A DNA stretch of 64,000 bases, from positions 349,601 through 413,600 of the forward strand of contig CAVQFY010000007.1 of the NCBI GenBank assembly GCA_963711925.1. The letters run 5' to 3'. A model generated the notes under the pieces. That model worked only from the letters and a program-made list of their open reading frames with translations, was not told the DNA's origin and ran no database searches. Positions 1 to 9,000 of the stretch are shown in pieces (positions within the stretch are counted from its first letter, which is position 1; each line of letters opens with the position of its first letter). The translations under genes were made by a program, and so were the position numbers. Origin of the DNA: an uncultured Alphaproteobacteria bacterium (GTDB taxonomy: Bacteria > Pseudomonadota > Alphaproteobacteria > Rhizobiales > Rhizobiaceae).

Positions 1-108
1 ATACCCAGTGTTTACAGGGTTTTTTTCAAAACCGGCTATGAAATTCACGATTACGCTCGGAAGAGGCTTGCAAACCGCGCCAAGTGATTCGGAGAGTGTG
101 GACTTCAA

Positions 109-1050
109 TTAGGGCCGTTCAGCATGGAAAGGATCCATCATTTGCCAGATGGGTGGGTCGCCGATATGGCGCACAAGATGGTCTACAAAGGCCCGAACTT
201 TGGCCGAGACATGCCGTGTAGGCGGATACACCGCGTATATTTTGTATGGAACTGGCGTCACATCGGGCAGCGCCGGAATAAGAGTACCCGCTCGCAGGGC
301 TTCGGCGGCAATGAACATTGGCAGCAGGACCAGCCCCAGACCGGCAATTGCCATGTCGCGCATGGCCTCGCCATTATTGGCGACGATGCGGCCATGCATG
401 GCCACCGAGATTGGGTCGTTAGGAGAAGCCGGGTTTTCGAATTGCCACAACTGACTAGTATTGACGTTTGAGTAGTCGATGCAGGCGAAAGAGCTCAGTT
501 CTTCGAGCCGCCTCGGCAAGCCATTGGCTGCGGCGAAAGCCGGGCTGCAGCAAATAATCCTGGCGTCCGTACAAAGCTTGCGGGCGATAAGGCTCGAATC
601 CTTGAGGATTCCGATACGGATGCCGACATCATAACCGCCACGCACCAGATCGACCATGCGGTCCTCAAGTTCCACCGCGACTTCCAGATCAGGATATTGC
701 CTGGCGAAGTGGGCGATCATTCGTCCAAGATAAAGCGTGCCGAATGACATTGGAGCGGCAATCCTCAAACTACCCCGAACGGCGCTGTGTCGCTCGCCAA
801 CGGTGTCGGTGGCTTCCATGATCTCGCGTATCAAGGGTCTGATCCGCTCGACAAAGTCGCGAGCATGATCGGATGCGAGCAACTTGCGCGGCGAGCGCTG
901 AAACAATTCTATACCCAGTGCACCCTCAAGATCGGAAATGCGCTTGCTCACCACCGATTTTGAAAGGTTGAGGCGCGCGGCGGTCGCCGTTACGCTGCCG
1001 GTTTCCATTACGTCGAGAAAAGTGAGAAGATCGTCAAAGCGCCATTTCAT
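109..1050 (-). CDS. LysR-family transcriptional regulator
   Basis: N-terminal HTH ([35 protein letters not shown]) plus LysR substrate domain; divergent from the VOC dioxygenase gene. Confidence 0.95.
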   Translation of the reverse strand: MKWRFDDLLTFLDVMETGSVTATAARLNLSKSVVSKRISDLEGALGIELFQRSPRKLLASDHARDFVERIRPLIREIMEATDTVGERHSAVRGSLRIAAPMSFGTLYLGRMIAHFARQYPDLEVAVELEDRMVDLVRGGYDVGIRIGILKDSSLIARKLCTDARIICCSPAFAAANGLPRRLEELSSFACIDYSNVNTSQLWQFENPASPNDPISVAMHGRIVANNGEAMRDMAIAGLGLVLLPMFIAAEALRAGTLIPALPDVTPVPYKIYAVYPPTRHVSAKVRAFVDHLVRHIGDPPIWQMMDPFHAERP

Positions 1051-1103
1051 TGTTTGGTTATAGTGGACGTCAGGCCGATTTGGAACACCCGTACCCCTCC
1101 TTG

Positions 1104-1120
1104 GTTCGTTTTCATCGAAC
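1104..1120. promoter_or_regulatory. Candidate LysR recognition site (T-N11-A dyad)
   Basis: GTTCG-N7-CGAAC dyad containing T1106-N11-A1118 between the divergent lysR and VOC genes. Confidence 0.5.
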
Positions 1121-1217
1121 GCAAGTTGCAGAGATCCGCTCTTTATCGGCCGCTACACAACGCAGATATTCACGCCAACGGCGATTATGCCCGAACGAAC
1201 CAATTCAGGAGGCTTCG

Positions 1218-2171
1218 ATGACCTTACAACTGACAGGTATTCATCATTTGACTGCCGTAACGGCGAATGCGCCGGAAAATCTGCGGTTCTATACGCAAAC
1301 GCTTGGTCTGCGACTGGTCAAGAAAACCGTCAATCAAGACGACACCAGCGCCTATCACCTCTTCTATGCAGATGGAGAGGCAACGCCTGGCACCGATCTC
1401 ACCTTCTTCGACTGGCCGGTTGGACCCGAAAGTCGCGGTACGCACAGCATTTCGCGTACGGGTTTGCGTGTGGCCAGCAAAGCAAGTCTGGTATGGTGGA
1501 AAGCTCGCTTTACCGAACTCGGTGTAAAGTCCGGTGATATTGCTGAAATCGGTGGCTACGACTCACTCGATTTTGAAGATGGAGAAGGACAACGGTTCCG
1601 GCTCATCAATGATGGCGGCGCTGGAGCGTCGCACTCGTGGGACAGAAGCCCTGTTCCGGCTGAGCATCAGATCCGAGGGCTCGGCCCAATCACCCTCAGC
1701 GTACCCGATATTACCAACACGGAAGCGATCCTTCTTCATGTGATGAATATGCGCAAGGTCAACACTTACCCCTCTCCAGACGGTGCCGGGCATGTTCATG
1801 TGTTTGCAATGGGCGAGGGCGGTCCTGCTGCTGAATTGCATGTGGCCGTGCAGCCGGACCTCCCGGCTGCAAGGCAGGGTGCCGGTGCTGTGCATCATGT
1901 CGCATTTCGCGCGCCGGACGTGCAGCAATTGCATGAATGGACCGAACGTCTGAGCGAATTCCGGATGCCGTCGAGTGGCGAAGTAGAGCGCTATTACTTC
2001 CGTTCGCTGTATTTCCGCGAACCGAACGGCATTTTGTTCGAAATCGCCACAGATGGTCCGGGCTTCACGGTCGATGAGCCTTTGGAGACTCTCGGTGAGG
2101 GCCTATCGTTGCCGCCGTTCCTTGAAGGCAAGCGCGCTTCAATCGAAGCCGGGCTAAAGCCTCTGTCGTAA
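1218..2171 (+). CDS. VOC-family ring-cleaving dioxygenase (MhqO/LinE/PcpA-like)
   Basis: ATG at 1218 after AGGAGG; motifs [38 protein letters not shown] (His/His/Glu metal ligands). Confidence 0.9.
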   Translation: MTLQLTGIHHLTAVTANAPENLRFYTQTLGLRLVKKTVNQDDTSAYHLFYADGEATPGTDLTFFDWPVGPESRGTHSISRTGLRVASKASLVWWKARFTELGVKSGDIAEIGGYDSLDFEDGEGQRFRLINDGGAGASHSWDRSPVPAEHQIRGLGPITLSVPDITNTEAILLHVMNMRKVNTYPSPDGAGHVHVFAMGEGGPAAELHVAVQPDLPAARQGAGAVHHVAFRAPDVQQLHEWTERLSEFRMPSSGEVERYYFRSLYFREPNGILFEIATDGPGFTVDEPLETLGEGLSLPPFLEGKRASIEAGLKPLS

Positions 2172-2179
2172 CGAAATTG

Positions 2180-2206
2180 AACAGGCCGAAGAAACTTCGG
2201 CCTGTT
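2180..2206. terminator. Hairpin between convergent VOC genes, probable terminator
   Basis: aacaggccgaag-aaa-cttcggcctgtt perfect 12-bp stem. Confidence 0.7.
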
Positions 2207-2209
2207 CTT

Positions 2210-3757
2210 CTATGCGGCCAGCCACTGCTGAACCGCGTCAATGTCGTGCGGTCCGATTTCATGATCAGCGGACACTGCTCTCACGGTGATATCAGCTCCG
2301 GCGCCCCGCAGTTCCGCTTCAAGCGCGGGCGCATGCGCTCCAAACAGATCGTGGTCGCCGGTGATTGCAAGAACTTTCGCCTCATGAAGATCAGCCTTGG
2401 GCGTCTCTTCCAGCACTTTTGTTGCGCGCAACAAAACTGCATTGCGGACTACGCCCGGATGCAGTTGCATCATTGCCGCGATAATGTTCGCGCCATTGGA
2501 ATACCCGAGAAAAGTAGTCCGTTGGAGATCCAGGTCGTAGGCTTCAACCGCGCCCTCTATAAACGCGGCAAGTGCTTCGGCCTCCGAACGAATGTCCTTT
2601 TGATCAAAGCTCAGTGGTCCAAAGCGCCGGAACCAGCGGGCCGAACCCTCTTCCGTGCTGCGTCCGCGCAAACCAATCAAGGTGGCGTGAGGGGCAACTT
2701 TCGAGGCAAACGGCATAAGACTGGCCTCGTTGCCGCCCGTCCCGTGCAGGAGAATCAGTGTTTGCCCAGTGGTGGTCTCCGGGATGTAGACCCGGTGAAT
2801 GAACGGAAGCTCGCGATAGATGAAGCGCGCCTCTTTCGGCAAGCCAAATTGCGGCAGCATTACTTTCAGGTTTTCAGCTTCCTCAGCGAGATGCGGCGGG
2901 ATGAACAGTCGGGTGCCAAGCTTCTCAGGCGTTTCGTCAATCAGCATGCCGGGACCGTCGGTAGCCATTTCGAGCAGGGTGCCGCCAGGCTCGCGCACGT
3001 AGATCGAATGGAAATATTTCCGGTCATGCATTGCCGTTGCGGTCATTCCGCGTGCTATCAAGCGATCGTACGTTGCCGTTACAGTGGGAATGTCCGCAGC
3101 GCGAAAAGCAATATGGTCTATGGTGCCGGTTCCGGGTGCCGAGCCCCAGAACCCAGTTGCGTCGCGAACGTCGATACAATCGCCGGACGTTGAAGCCATT
3201 CTTGTAATCGTTTCGGTTTGCTCGCCTGAAATGTAAGAAAAATAATCTGCAAGGAATGTGCACGTTTCCTGCGGCTTTTCGGTCAGTATTGTCGCGCCGC
3301 GGATGCGTTTGATCGTATCAGATGCAGGAATGTCGCCACCGACCCAAAGATCGCCGGCCTTTACGGCATGAGTTCCCACGAGCTTCACGATCACGCCATC
3401 GGGATCATGCAAACGCAGCACCGGTTCGCCGAATTCCTGTGCCGGTCCTGAGGTAGCAATGTTGAATTGCAGGGCACGTGTCAGCCAGAAGCCGATACTG
3501 TCAGGAGCAATAGCGAGCGAGATTTCGCTTGGCTGCCCGTAACCAACGCGGCCTGGCGAACCATCTTCCCACACGAGAAAGGTGATCAGAGAGCCAGGAT
3601 TGCCTGATGCGTCCCCATAAAGGAGATGGAGCTGGGTCGCATCTTCGTAACCGCCCGTGCGCTTGACGAGGCGCAGACCGAGGAAGCCGGCATAAAAATC
3701 GACGTTTGCCTGAACCTTCCGCGTGATCAGGGTGATGTGGTGAATGCCGCCTGTCAT
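2210..3757 (-). CDS. VOC ring-cleaving dioxygenase fused to C-terminal alpha/beta hydrolase (MhqA + MhqD-like)
   Basis: N-part GGIHHITL, TIDHIAFR, LLEMATD; C-part LLHGTGGNE, GYSNGA nucleophile elbow, GDHD, ADHEI; start set at MTGGIHH. Confidence 0.85.
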   Translation of the reverse strand: MTGGIHHITLITRKVQANVDFYAGFLGLRLVKRTGGYEDATQLHLLYGDASGNPGSLITFLVWEDGSPGRVGYGQPSEISLAIAPDSIGFWLTRALQFNIATSGPAQEFGEPVLRLHDPDGVIVKLVGTHAVKAGDLWVGGDIPASDTIKRIRGATILTEKPQETCTFLADYFSYISGEQTETITRMASTSGDCIDVRDATGFWGSAPGTGTIDHIAFRAADIPTVTATYDRLIARGMTATAMHDRKYFHSIYVREPGGTLLEMATDGPGMLIDETPEKLGTRLFIPPHLAEEAENLKVMLPQFGLPKEARFIYRELPFIHRVYIPETTTGQTLILLHGTGGNEASLMPFASKVAPHATLIGLRGRSTEEGSARWFRRFGPLSFDQKDIRSEAEALAAFIEGAVEAYDLDLQRTTFLGYSNGANIIAAMMQLHPGVVRNAVLLRATKVLEETPKADLHEAKVLAITGDHDLFGAHAPALEAELRGAGADITVRAVSADHEIGPHDIDAVQQWLAA

Positions 3758-3833
3758 GAGTATCTCCCGGCCTGTCAATATTCGACTGTTACGGGGTAGC
3801 AAGCAGGGACGCAACGCTCGGAAGAGTATTTCC

Positions 3834-3942
3834 AAAAAACAACACCCACCGCGGGAGGAGCGGTGGGTGTTACTTGTAAAGACCGGCTGGGAGGAGACCG
3901 ATCTCTAGACCATCCGTGACGTGGGAGGAACGTCCCGGAGGT
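3834..3942 (-). ncRNA. Cuckoo / alpha-r14 (NfeR1/CcsR-like) small RNA with three UCCUCCC-loop hairpins
   Basis: Minus strand gives three consecutive hairpins with loops UUCCUCCCA, CUCCUCCCA and UCCUCCC; last hairpin followed by U-tract; lies just 3' of a DUF1127 gene. Confidence 0.8.
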
Positions 3943-3955
3943 TAATCGAATTCTA

Positions 3956-4105
3956 TTACTGAGCCGAAGCGGCTTTCCTGGCGACGAAGGAGATATCGCC
4001 GCGGGAGATGCCAAGGTCATTCAGTTCACGTGCGGACAGGCGGTTCAGTTCCGTGACAGTGTCACGATAGCGGCGCCAGTTATTGTAAGAGCGGATCAGG
4101 TTCAT
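3956..4105 (-). CDS. DUF1127 small Arg-rich protein (49 aa)
   Basis: MNLIRSYNNWRRYRDTVTELNRLSARELNDLGISRGDI matches the DUF1127 pattern (ELxxLSxRELxDLGIxRxDI). Confidence 0.9.
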   Translation of the reverse strand: MNLIRSYNNWRRYRDTVTELNRLSARELNDLGISRGDISFVARKAASAQ

Positions 4106-4177
4106 TTCACTCACCTTGTAAGTTCTTGTTTGTTTGATCATTTTTCGATCATGCTGCTCATATAGTAGACAGCCTGC

Positions 4178-4211
4178 CAAACTTGCAGTGACAAGTTTGC
4201 ATAGCTGCTTT
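4178..4211. promoter_or_regulatory. Dyad plus LsrB/VtlR-like motif upstream of DUF1127 gene
   Basis: CAAACTTG-N6-CAAGTTTG perfect dyad (4178-4199) overlapping GCAT-N3-TG-N3-T (4199-4211); CTATAT -10-like box on minus strand near 4160. Confidence 0.45.
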
Positions 4212-4282
4212 GCAACGGAATGATGGATCAACTCAGTGCGAACGTCAGGCTGCTGAGAGTAAAATTGAGGTTCTTCTGCTGA

Positions 4283-4723
4283 TCAGGCTCGGACTTTTGC
4301 CTTGGACGTTCTCGCAGGCGAGCGACGCTGAGCGGAATGGTTTGCAGTTTTTTCCGCCAACACCTTGTCAGCCTTTTTGGCGGCGGCTTCACATTGCCTG
4401 CGGAATTTCTCGACTTCTTCTTCAGTCAGATGCTCAATGCCGATAAAAGCGTTCTTGGCCTCGCTGACCCGTACCAATTCGTCGAGTTTTGCCTGAATCG
4501 CAACGCCATCGCGGTTTTGCGTATTCTGGATGAGGAAGACCATGAGAAATGTAATGATGGTCGTGCCCGTATTGATGATCAATTGCCAGGTGTCGGAAAA
4601 GCCAAAAATTGGGCCGCTCACCCCCCAGACTACAACGACCAAGCAACAGAGTATGAAGGTGAGCGGCTTGCCAGCTGCCAGCGCAACGTTGTTGGCGATC
4701 CGCGTAAACAATTTGCCAAACAT
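4283..4723 (-). CDS. Low-affinity iron permease (Fet4-like) family protein
   Basis: Signature FGFSDTWQLIINTGTTIITFLMVFLIQNTQNRD..AIQAKLDEL; strong RBS GGGAGGAGGA. Confidence 0.9.
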   Translation of the reverse strand: MFGKLFTRIANNVALAAGKPLTFILCCLVVVVWGVSGPIFGFSDTWQLIINTGTTIITFLMVFLIQNTQNRDGVAIQAKLDELVRVSEAKNAFIGIEHLTEEEVEKFRRQCEAAAKKADKVLAEKTANHSAQRRSPARTSKAKVRA

Positions 4724-4755
4724 GGTGTCCTCCTCCCGACAAGCAGCGAGGAGAT

Positions 4756-4780
4756 AACTTGGTGCGGCGCGAAATGTTCC
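4756..4780 (-). promoter_or_regulatory. Candidate EcfG/RpoE2 general-stress promoter
   Basis: Minus strand GGAAC-N16-AGTT about 33 nt upstream of the Fet4-like start. Confidence 0.55.
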
Positions 4781-4809
4781 ACGAGGCGGCTATTGGATCG
4801 AGGAGGCTT

Positions 4810-5169
4810 GGGGAGGATGCCCGCAACAAGGAAGTCGTAATAACTTTTAGTCTGGACGAAGGAGAGGTTGAAGACGGGAAAGGAACTGTAACAAAGACTC
4901 AGGAGCATGATGTTTTTATTCAATTCAAAGTTCGAGACGGTACACGCCGCTTCGCGGTCAATGACCGATCTCTTGGATTCCGTTGGTTCTTCGCCTTCAT
5001 GCTATTCACGCAGTTCCGGGTGGCGCGCTCCACGACTCGGCCCCTCTTGTTCTCGTTCGATGAGCCAGCATCGAATTTGCATGCCGCTGCGCAGCAGAAG
5101 CCAATCGTTTGCCTGCCAGAAATAGCCAAAGATAAACACGCGCTTGCATATACGACGCACAGCCATTGA
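4810..5169 (+). pseudogene. Internal fragment of an OLD/AAA_15-type ABC ATPase
   Basis: SLGFRWFF signature, Walker B/D-loop LLFSFDEPASNLH, H-loop YTTHSH then stop; no Walker A and no plausible start; 5' boundary approximate. Confidence 0.7.
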
Positions 5170-5176
5170 GGGGCGT

Positions 5177-5202
5177 AGTGCATGAATTATAATTCATGCA
5201 CT
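5177..5202. promoter_or_regulatory. Perfect 26-bp palindrome, probable operator of the sugar operon
   Basis: AGTGCATGAATTA|TAATTCATGCACT, 8 bp upstream of TTGACA (5211-5216). Confidence 0.65.
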
Positions 5203-5345
5203 GAATTATATTGACAAAGATTTTCTTTTAGGCTTGATTGCTCCGACAGCATTTCGAGGAGGATTGCTGGACTTCACAACGAATAGTGGCGGCTTGCGAG
5301 GCACCACGAAACCAATGGGAGGGGCTTCGGCCTCGAGGAGGACAC

Positions 5346-6374
5346 TTGCGCACTTTTTTAAGCACAACTGCCATGGCAGTCCTGGTCATGGCGTATTCCG
5401 CAGCCCCTGCCAAAGCTGCCGAAGAATCGCCGTTTCGCTGCGAGCCAGGCGAAAAATACGTCATGAACGTCATGGTTTCTGGCGTTGAATACTGGTTCCC
5501 TGTCTATGAAATGTTCAAGCAGGCGGGAAAGCAGCTCGGTTGCGAAACTGCCTATACCGGAACACCGGAATATGATGTCAACAAGCAGATCGCCAGTTTC
5601 GATCAGGCTCTGGCGCAGAAACCAGCCGGCATTCTCGTCCATCCAATGAACTCAGATCCGTTTATCGAGCCGATCAACCGGGCAATCGATCAAGGTACGG
5701 CAGTCGTGACGTTCGCGGCTGATTCTCCGCTCTCGAAGCGAATTTCCTTTATTACCTCCGACAATATCCGCGAGGGCACCTATGCTGCCGATGCCATCGC
5801 CACGAAGCTCGGAGGCAAGGGCGAATACGCCGTCCTCGAGAATCCCGGGCAGGATAACCACGACAAGCGCGTCACGGCTTTTATCGACCGTATGAAGGCT
5901 AAGTGGCCCGACATGAAGCTCGTTGGCAGAGCAGCCTCAAACCAGGATCCGACGAAGGCCTATCAGGGCTTGATGAGTATCGTCCAGGCCAATCCTAATC
6001 TCGCGGCCGTCTTCATGCCGGAGGCGAACTCGGCCATTGGAGCTGCCCAGGCCAACAAGGAAAATGGCGGGAAAATCCTGGTCATGTGTGCGGACGTCAA
6101 TGCGAACATCCTTGACATGATCAAAGCCGGTGAAGTCTTCGGCTCGATCAACCCCAATCAGGGCATGCAGGGGTATATGGGTTTCATGCTGCTTTGGCTG
6201 GCCAAACATCCGGAACTGATCGATCCCATGAACGACGCCAAGCGTGCAGGATTCAACCCGATGAGCATTCCCTTCGTGGACAACGGACTTTCCATTGTCA
6301 CCGCCGAGAATGCGGACGATTTCTTCTGGGACAAATACCTCAAGCGTCGTGGCACCAAAGGCATTGAGGAATAA
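5346..6374 (+). CDS. Sugar ABC transporter substrate-binding protein
   Basis: TTG start after GAGGAGGA, signal peptide ending AAPAKA, periplasmic binding fold motifs ([18 protein letters not shown]). Confidence 0.9.
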   Translation: MRTFLSTTAMAVLVMAYSAAPAKAAEESPFRCEPGEKYVMNVMVSGVEYWFPVYEMFKQAGKQLGCETAYTGTPEYDVNKQIASFDQALAQKPAGILVHPMNSDPFIEPINRAIDQGTAVVTFAADSPLSKRISFITSDNIREGTYAADAIATKLGGKGEYAVLENPGQDNHDKRVTAFIDRMKAKWPDMKLVGRAASNQDPTKAYQGLMSIVQANPNLAAVFMPEANSAIGAAQANKENGGKILVMCADVNANILDMIKAGEVFGSINPNQGMQGYMGFMLLWLAKHPELIDPMNDAKRAGFNPMSIPFVDNGLSIVTAENADDFFWDKYLKRRGTKGIEE

Positions 6375-6386
6375 GCCATTGCAGCC

Positions 6387-6415
6387 GGCTATCCGGACGG
6401 CAAGTCCGGGTAGCC
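6387..6415 (+). other. Intercistronic hairpin after binding-protein gene
   Basis: ggctatccggac-ggcaa-gtccgggtagcc 12-bp stem; typical mRNA-stabilising position. Confidence 0.5.
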
Positions 6416-6445
6416 ACCTTGCGAAGCCAGTTGGAAGAGTGCGTC

Positions 6446-7987
6446 ATGCGAAATCCGGTTCTGAATATCCGCAACGTCACAAAACATTTCGGTGCAGTGA
6501 AGGCGCTGACGAACGTGAGCTTCTCCCTTAGCCGTGGTGAGATTCATGCGCTTTGCGGTGAGAACGGCGCCGGCAAGTCAACGCTGATGAACATCATCGC
6601 AGGTGTTCTGCAACCGGATGAGGGAGAGATTGTATTGGAAGGCAAGACGGTGAAGATCGGATCGCCTGCCGCTGCACAATCTCTAGGCCTGGGATTAGTC
6701 CACCAGGAAATCGCGCTTTGCCCGGACGCCAGCGTTGCGGAAAACATCTTCATGGCAACCACCAGCCGGCAGCGCTCGCTGCTGATGAACTACCGCAAGC
6801 TGGAACGCGAGGCACAAGACGTAATGAACCGGCTCGCGCCAATCGACGTTCGCCGCAAGGTGGGTGATCTGCCAATCTCCAGCCAACAGCTCGTGGAGAT
6901 CGCCAAGGCCCTGACGCTCGACTGCCGTGTCCTCATTTTCGATGAGCCGACCGCCGCACTGACTGAAGCGGAAACGCGCATGCTTTTTGAGATCATCCGC
7001 GGTTTGAAGACCAACGGGATATCGATCATTTATATCAGCCACCGCATGGCCGAGATATTCGACCTTTGCGACCGGGTGACTGTTCTGCGTGACGGCCGCC
7101 ATGTGTCGACAGAGCCCGTTGCCGATCTTAAACCTGACGACGTTGTACGCCTTATGGTCGGGCGCGAGATTACGCAACTCTATCCACCCAAGCAACCGGC
7201 CGGGGAGCGATCGCATGAGGTGGTGCTTTCGGTTCGCGCCCTTGGCGACGGTCACCGTTTTGATTGTGTAAACATTGAGCTTATGAAGGGCGAAATCCTT
7301 GGCATCGGTGGTCTCATTGGCTCCGGCCGCACGGAAATCGCGGAAGGGATCTGCGGCTTGCGAGCCATTACGAGCGGCGAAATCCTGCTCCATGGCAAGC
7401 CGCAGGCGATAAGAAACTATGCGGACGCGGTGAACGCAGGTCTCGTTTATCTGTCGGAAGACCGCAAGGGCTCCGGCGTATTCCTGGACCTTTCGATCGC
7501 CCAGAATATCTCGGTTCTCAACCTAGACGCGCTTACCGGGCACCTTGGGTTGATCGACGCCGGGGCAGAAGCAAAGCTGGCCAGCGACTTCGCCAGGAAA
7601 CTGAATATTCGCATGGGCAGTGTCGATGCACCGGTGTCCTCGCTCAGCGGCGGTAACCAGCAGAAGGTTGCGATTGCCAAACAGCTCGCCGTCCAGCCCA
7701 AGGTGATAGTGATGGACGAACCGACGCGTGGCATAGACGTTGGGGCGAAGTCCGAAATCCACTCGCTGCTGCGCGAACTCGCCAGCTCCGGAATTGGCAT
7801 CATCGTCATTTCTTCCGAACTCCCCGAACTGCTCGGGCTGTGTGACCGGGTGATTGTCATCCGCGAAGGCACGGTGGCTGGTGAACTGGATGCGGAAGCG
7901 ATGAGCGAAGAAGCGGTTATCCGGCTCGCGTCAGGCGTCAATGCGCAAACTGCACAAAACCGGCTGGCATCAGAACATGCCGCCTGA
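6446..7987 (+). CDS. Sugar ABC transporter ATP-binding protein (CUT2, two domains)
   Basis: [32 protein letters not shown]. Confidence 0.95.
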   Translation: MRNPVLNIRNVTKHFGAVKALTNVSFSLSRGEIHALCGENGAGKSTLMNIIAGVLQPDEGEIVLEGKTVKIGSPAAAQSLGLGLVHQEIALCPDASVAENIFMATTSRQRSLLMNYRKLEREAQDVMNRLAPIDVRRKVGDLPISSQQLVEIAKALTLDCRVLIFDEPTAALTEAETRMLFEIIRGLKTNGISIIYISHRMAEIFDLCDRVTVLRDGRHVSTEPVADLKPDDVVRLMVGREITQLYPPKQPAGERSHEVVLSVRALGDGHRFDCVNIELMKGEILGIGGLIGSGRTEIAEGICGLRAITSGEILLHGKPQAIRNYADAVNAGLVYLSEDRKGSGVFLDLSIAQNISVLNLDALTGHLGLIDAGAEAKLASDFARKLNIRMGSVDAPVSSLSGGNQQKVAIAKQLAVQPKVIVMDEPTRGIDVGAKSEIHSLLRELASSGIGIIVISSELPELLGLCDRVIVIREGTVAGELDAEAMSEEAVIRLASGVNAQTAQNRLASEHAA

Positions 7988-8009
7988 GAAAAGTATGGGA
8001 GACGAGAAA

Positions 8010-8999
8010 ATGCTGGCTGAGACGATGGGGACAAAGGCCGTGCGGGCCCCGTCCTGGAAAAGACTGGGCTCGATGCGGGAGGCAGGGCTGATCGCCATCA
8101 TTCTCGCACTTTGCATAGCCATGAGCTTTGCATCGCCGCATTTTCTGACACTCGGAAACTTCCGCGCGATGCTGATGAGCTTTTCCGTGGAAGGCATCGT
8201 TGTCGTCGGGATGACGATCCTGCTTATTGTCGGCGGCATCGACCTTGCCGTGGGCTCCGTCGTCTGTTTCGCGATGGTCCTGTCGGGCTCGCTGTTCCTC
8301 GCGGGGCTCGATCCATGGAGCGCTTCGCTCATCGGCATTCTCGCAAGCGCGCTGATTGGCGCCGTCATGGGCTTTTTCGTCACCGTAGTCGGGCTCAATC
8401 ACTTTATCACGTCGCTCGCCGGTATGGTCATCGTGCGCGGCCTGTGCCTTATCATCACCAAGGGAACGCCGCTCTCGCTCTTTACCCTGCCTACCGCGTT
8501 CAAGGCAGTCGGGCAGGGCAGTTTCCACGGTCTCCCCTATGTCATCATCATCTTCGTCGCCGTTGTCGTGCTGTTCGACTTCCTGCTCAGGCGTGCAACG
8601 GCGCTGCGCAAGGTTTTCTATACGGGCAGTAACGAGAAAGCCGCGCTCTATTCCGGCATCAGGACAAACCATGTGAAATTCTGGGTGACCGTGCTCTGCT
8701 CGACGCTCGCGGGTTTTGCCGGCGTCATCTACATGTCGCGTTTTGGCGCTGCTACGCCGACGTTCGGTGTCGGGATGGAGCTCAACATTATCGCCGCTGC
8801 GGTCATTGGTGGCGCATCGCTCAATGGCGGGTCGGGGACGATACTTGGTGCCATTCTTGGGATAGCATTGCTGTCGGTGGTGACCAGTTCTCTGGTCCTG
8901 CTCAATGTATCGGTCTACTGGCAGGACATGATAAAGGGGTGCATTCTGCTTGGTGCCGTCTCAATCGATCATTTTCTGCACAAGCGGAAGGCTTCCTGA
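8010..8999 (+). CDS. Sugar ABC transporter permease (RbsC-like)
   Basis: GGIDLAVGS, GxNEKAALYSGI, ELNIIAAAVIGGASLNGG; start uncertain (7977 or 8010). Confidence 0.93.
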   Translation: MLAETMGTKAVRAPSWKRLGSMREAGLIAIILALCIAMSFASPHFLTLGNFRAMLMSFSVEGIVVVGMTILLIVGGIDLAVGSVVCFAMVLSGSLFLAGLDPWSASLIGILASALIGAVMGFFVTVVGLNHFITSLAGMVIVRGLCLIITKGTPLSLFTLPTAFKAVGQGSFHGLPYVIIIFVAVVVLFDFLLRRATALRKVFYTGSNEKAALYSGIRTNHVKFWVTVLCSTLAGFAGVIYMSRFGAATPTFGVGMELNIIAAAVIGGASLNGGSGTILGAILGIALLSVVTSSLVLLNVSVYWQDMIKGCILLGAVSIDHFLHKRKAS

Positions 9000-9000
9000 C

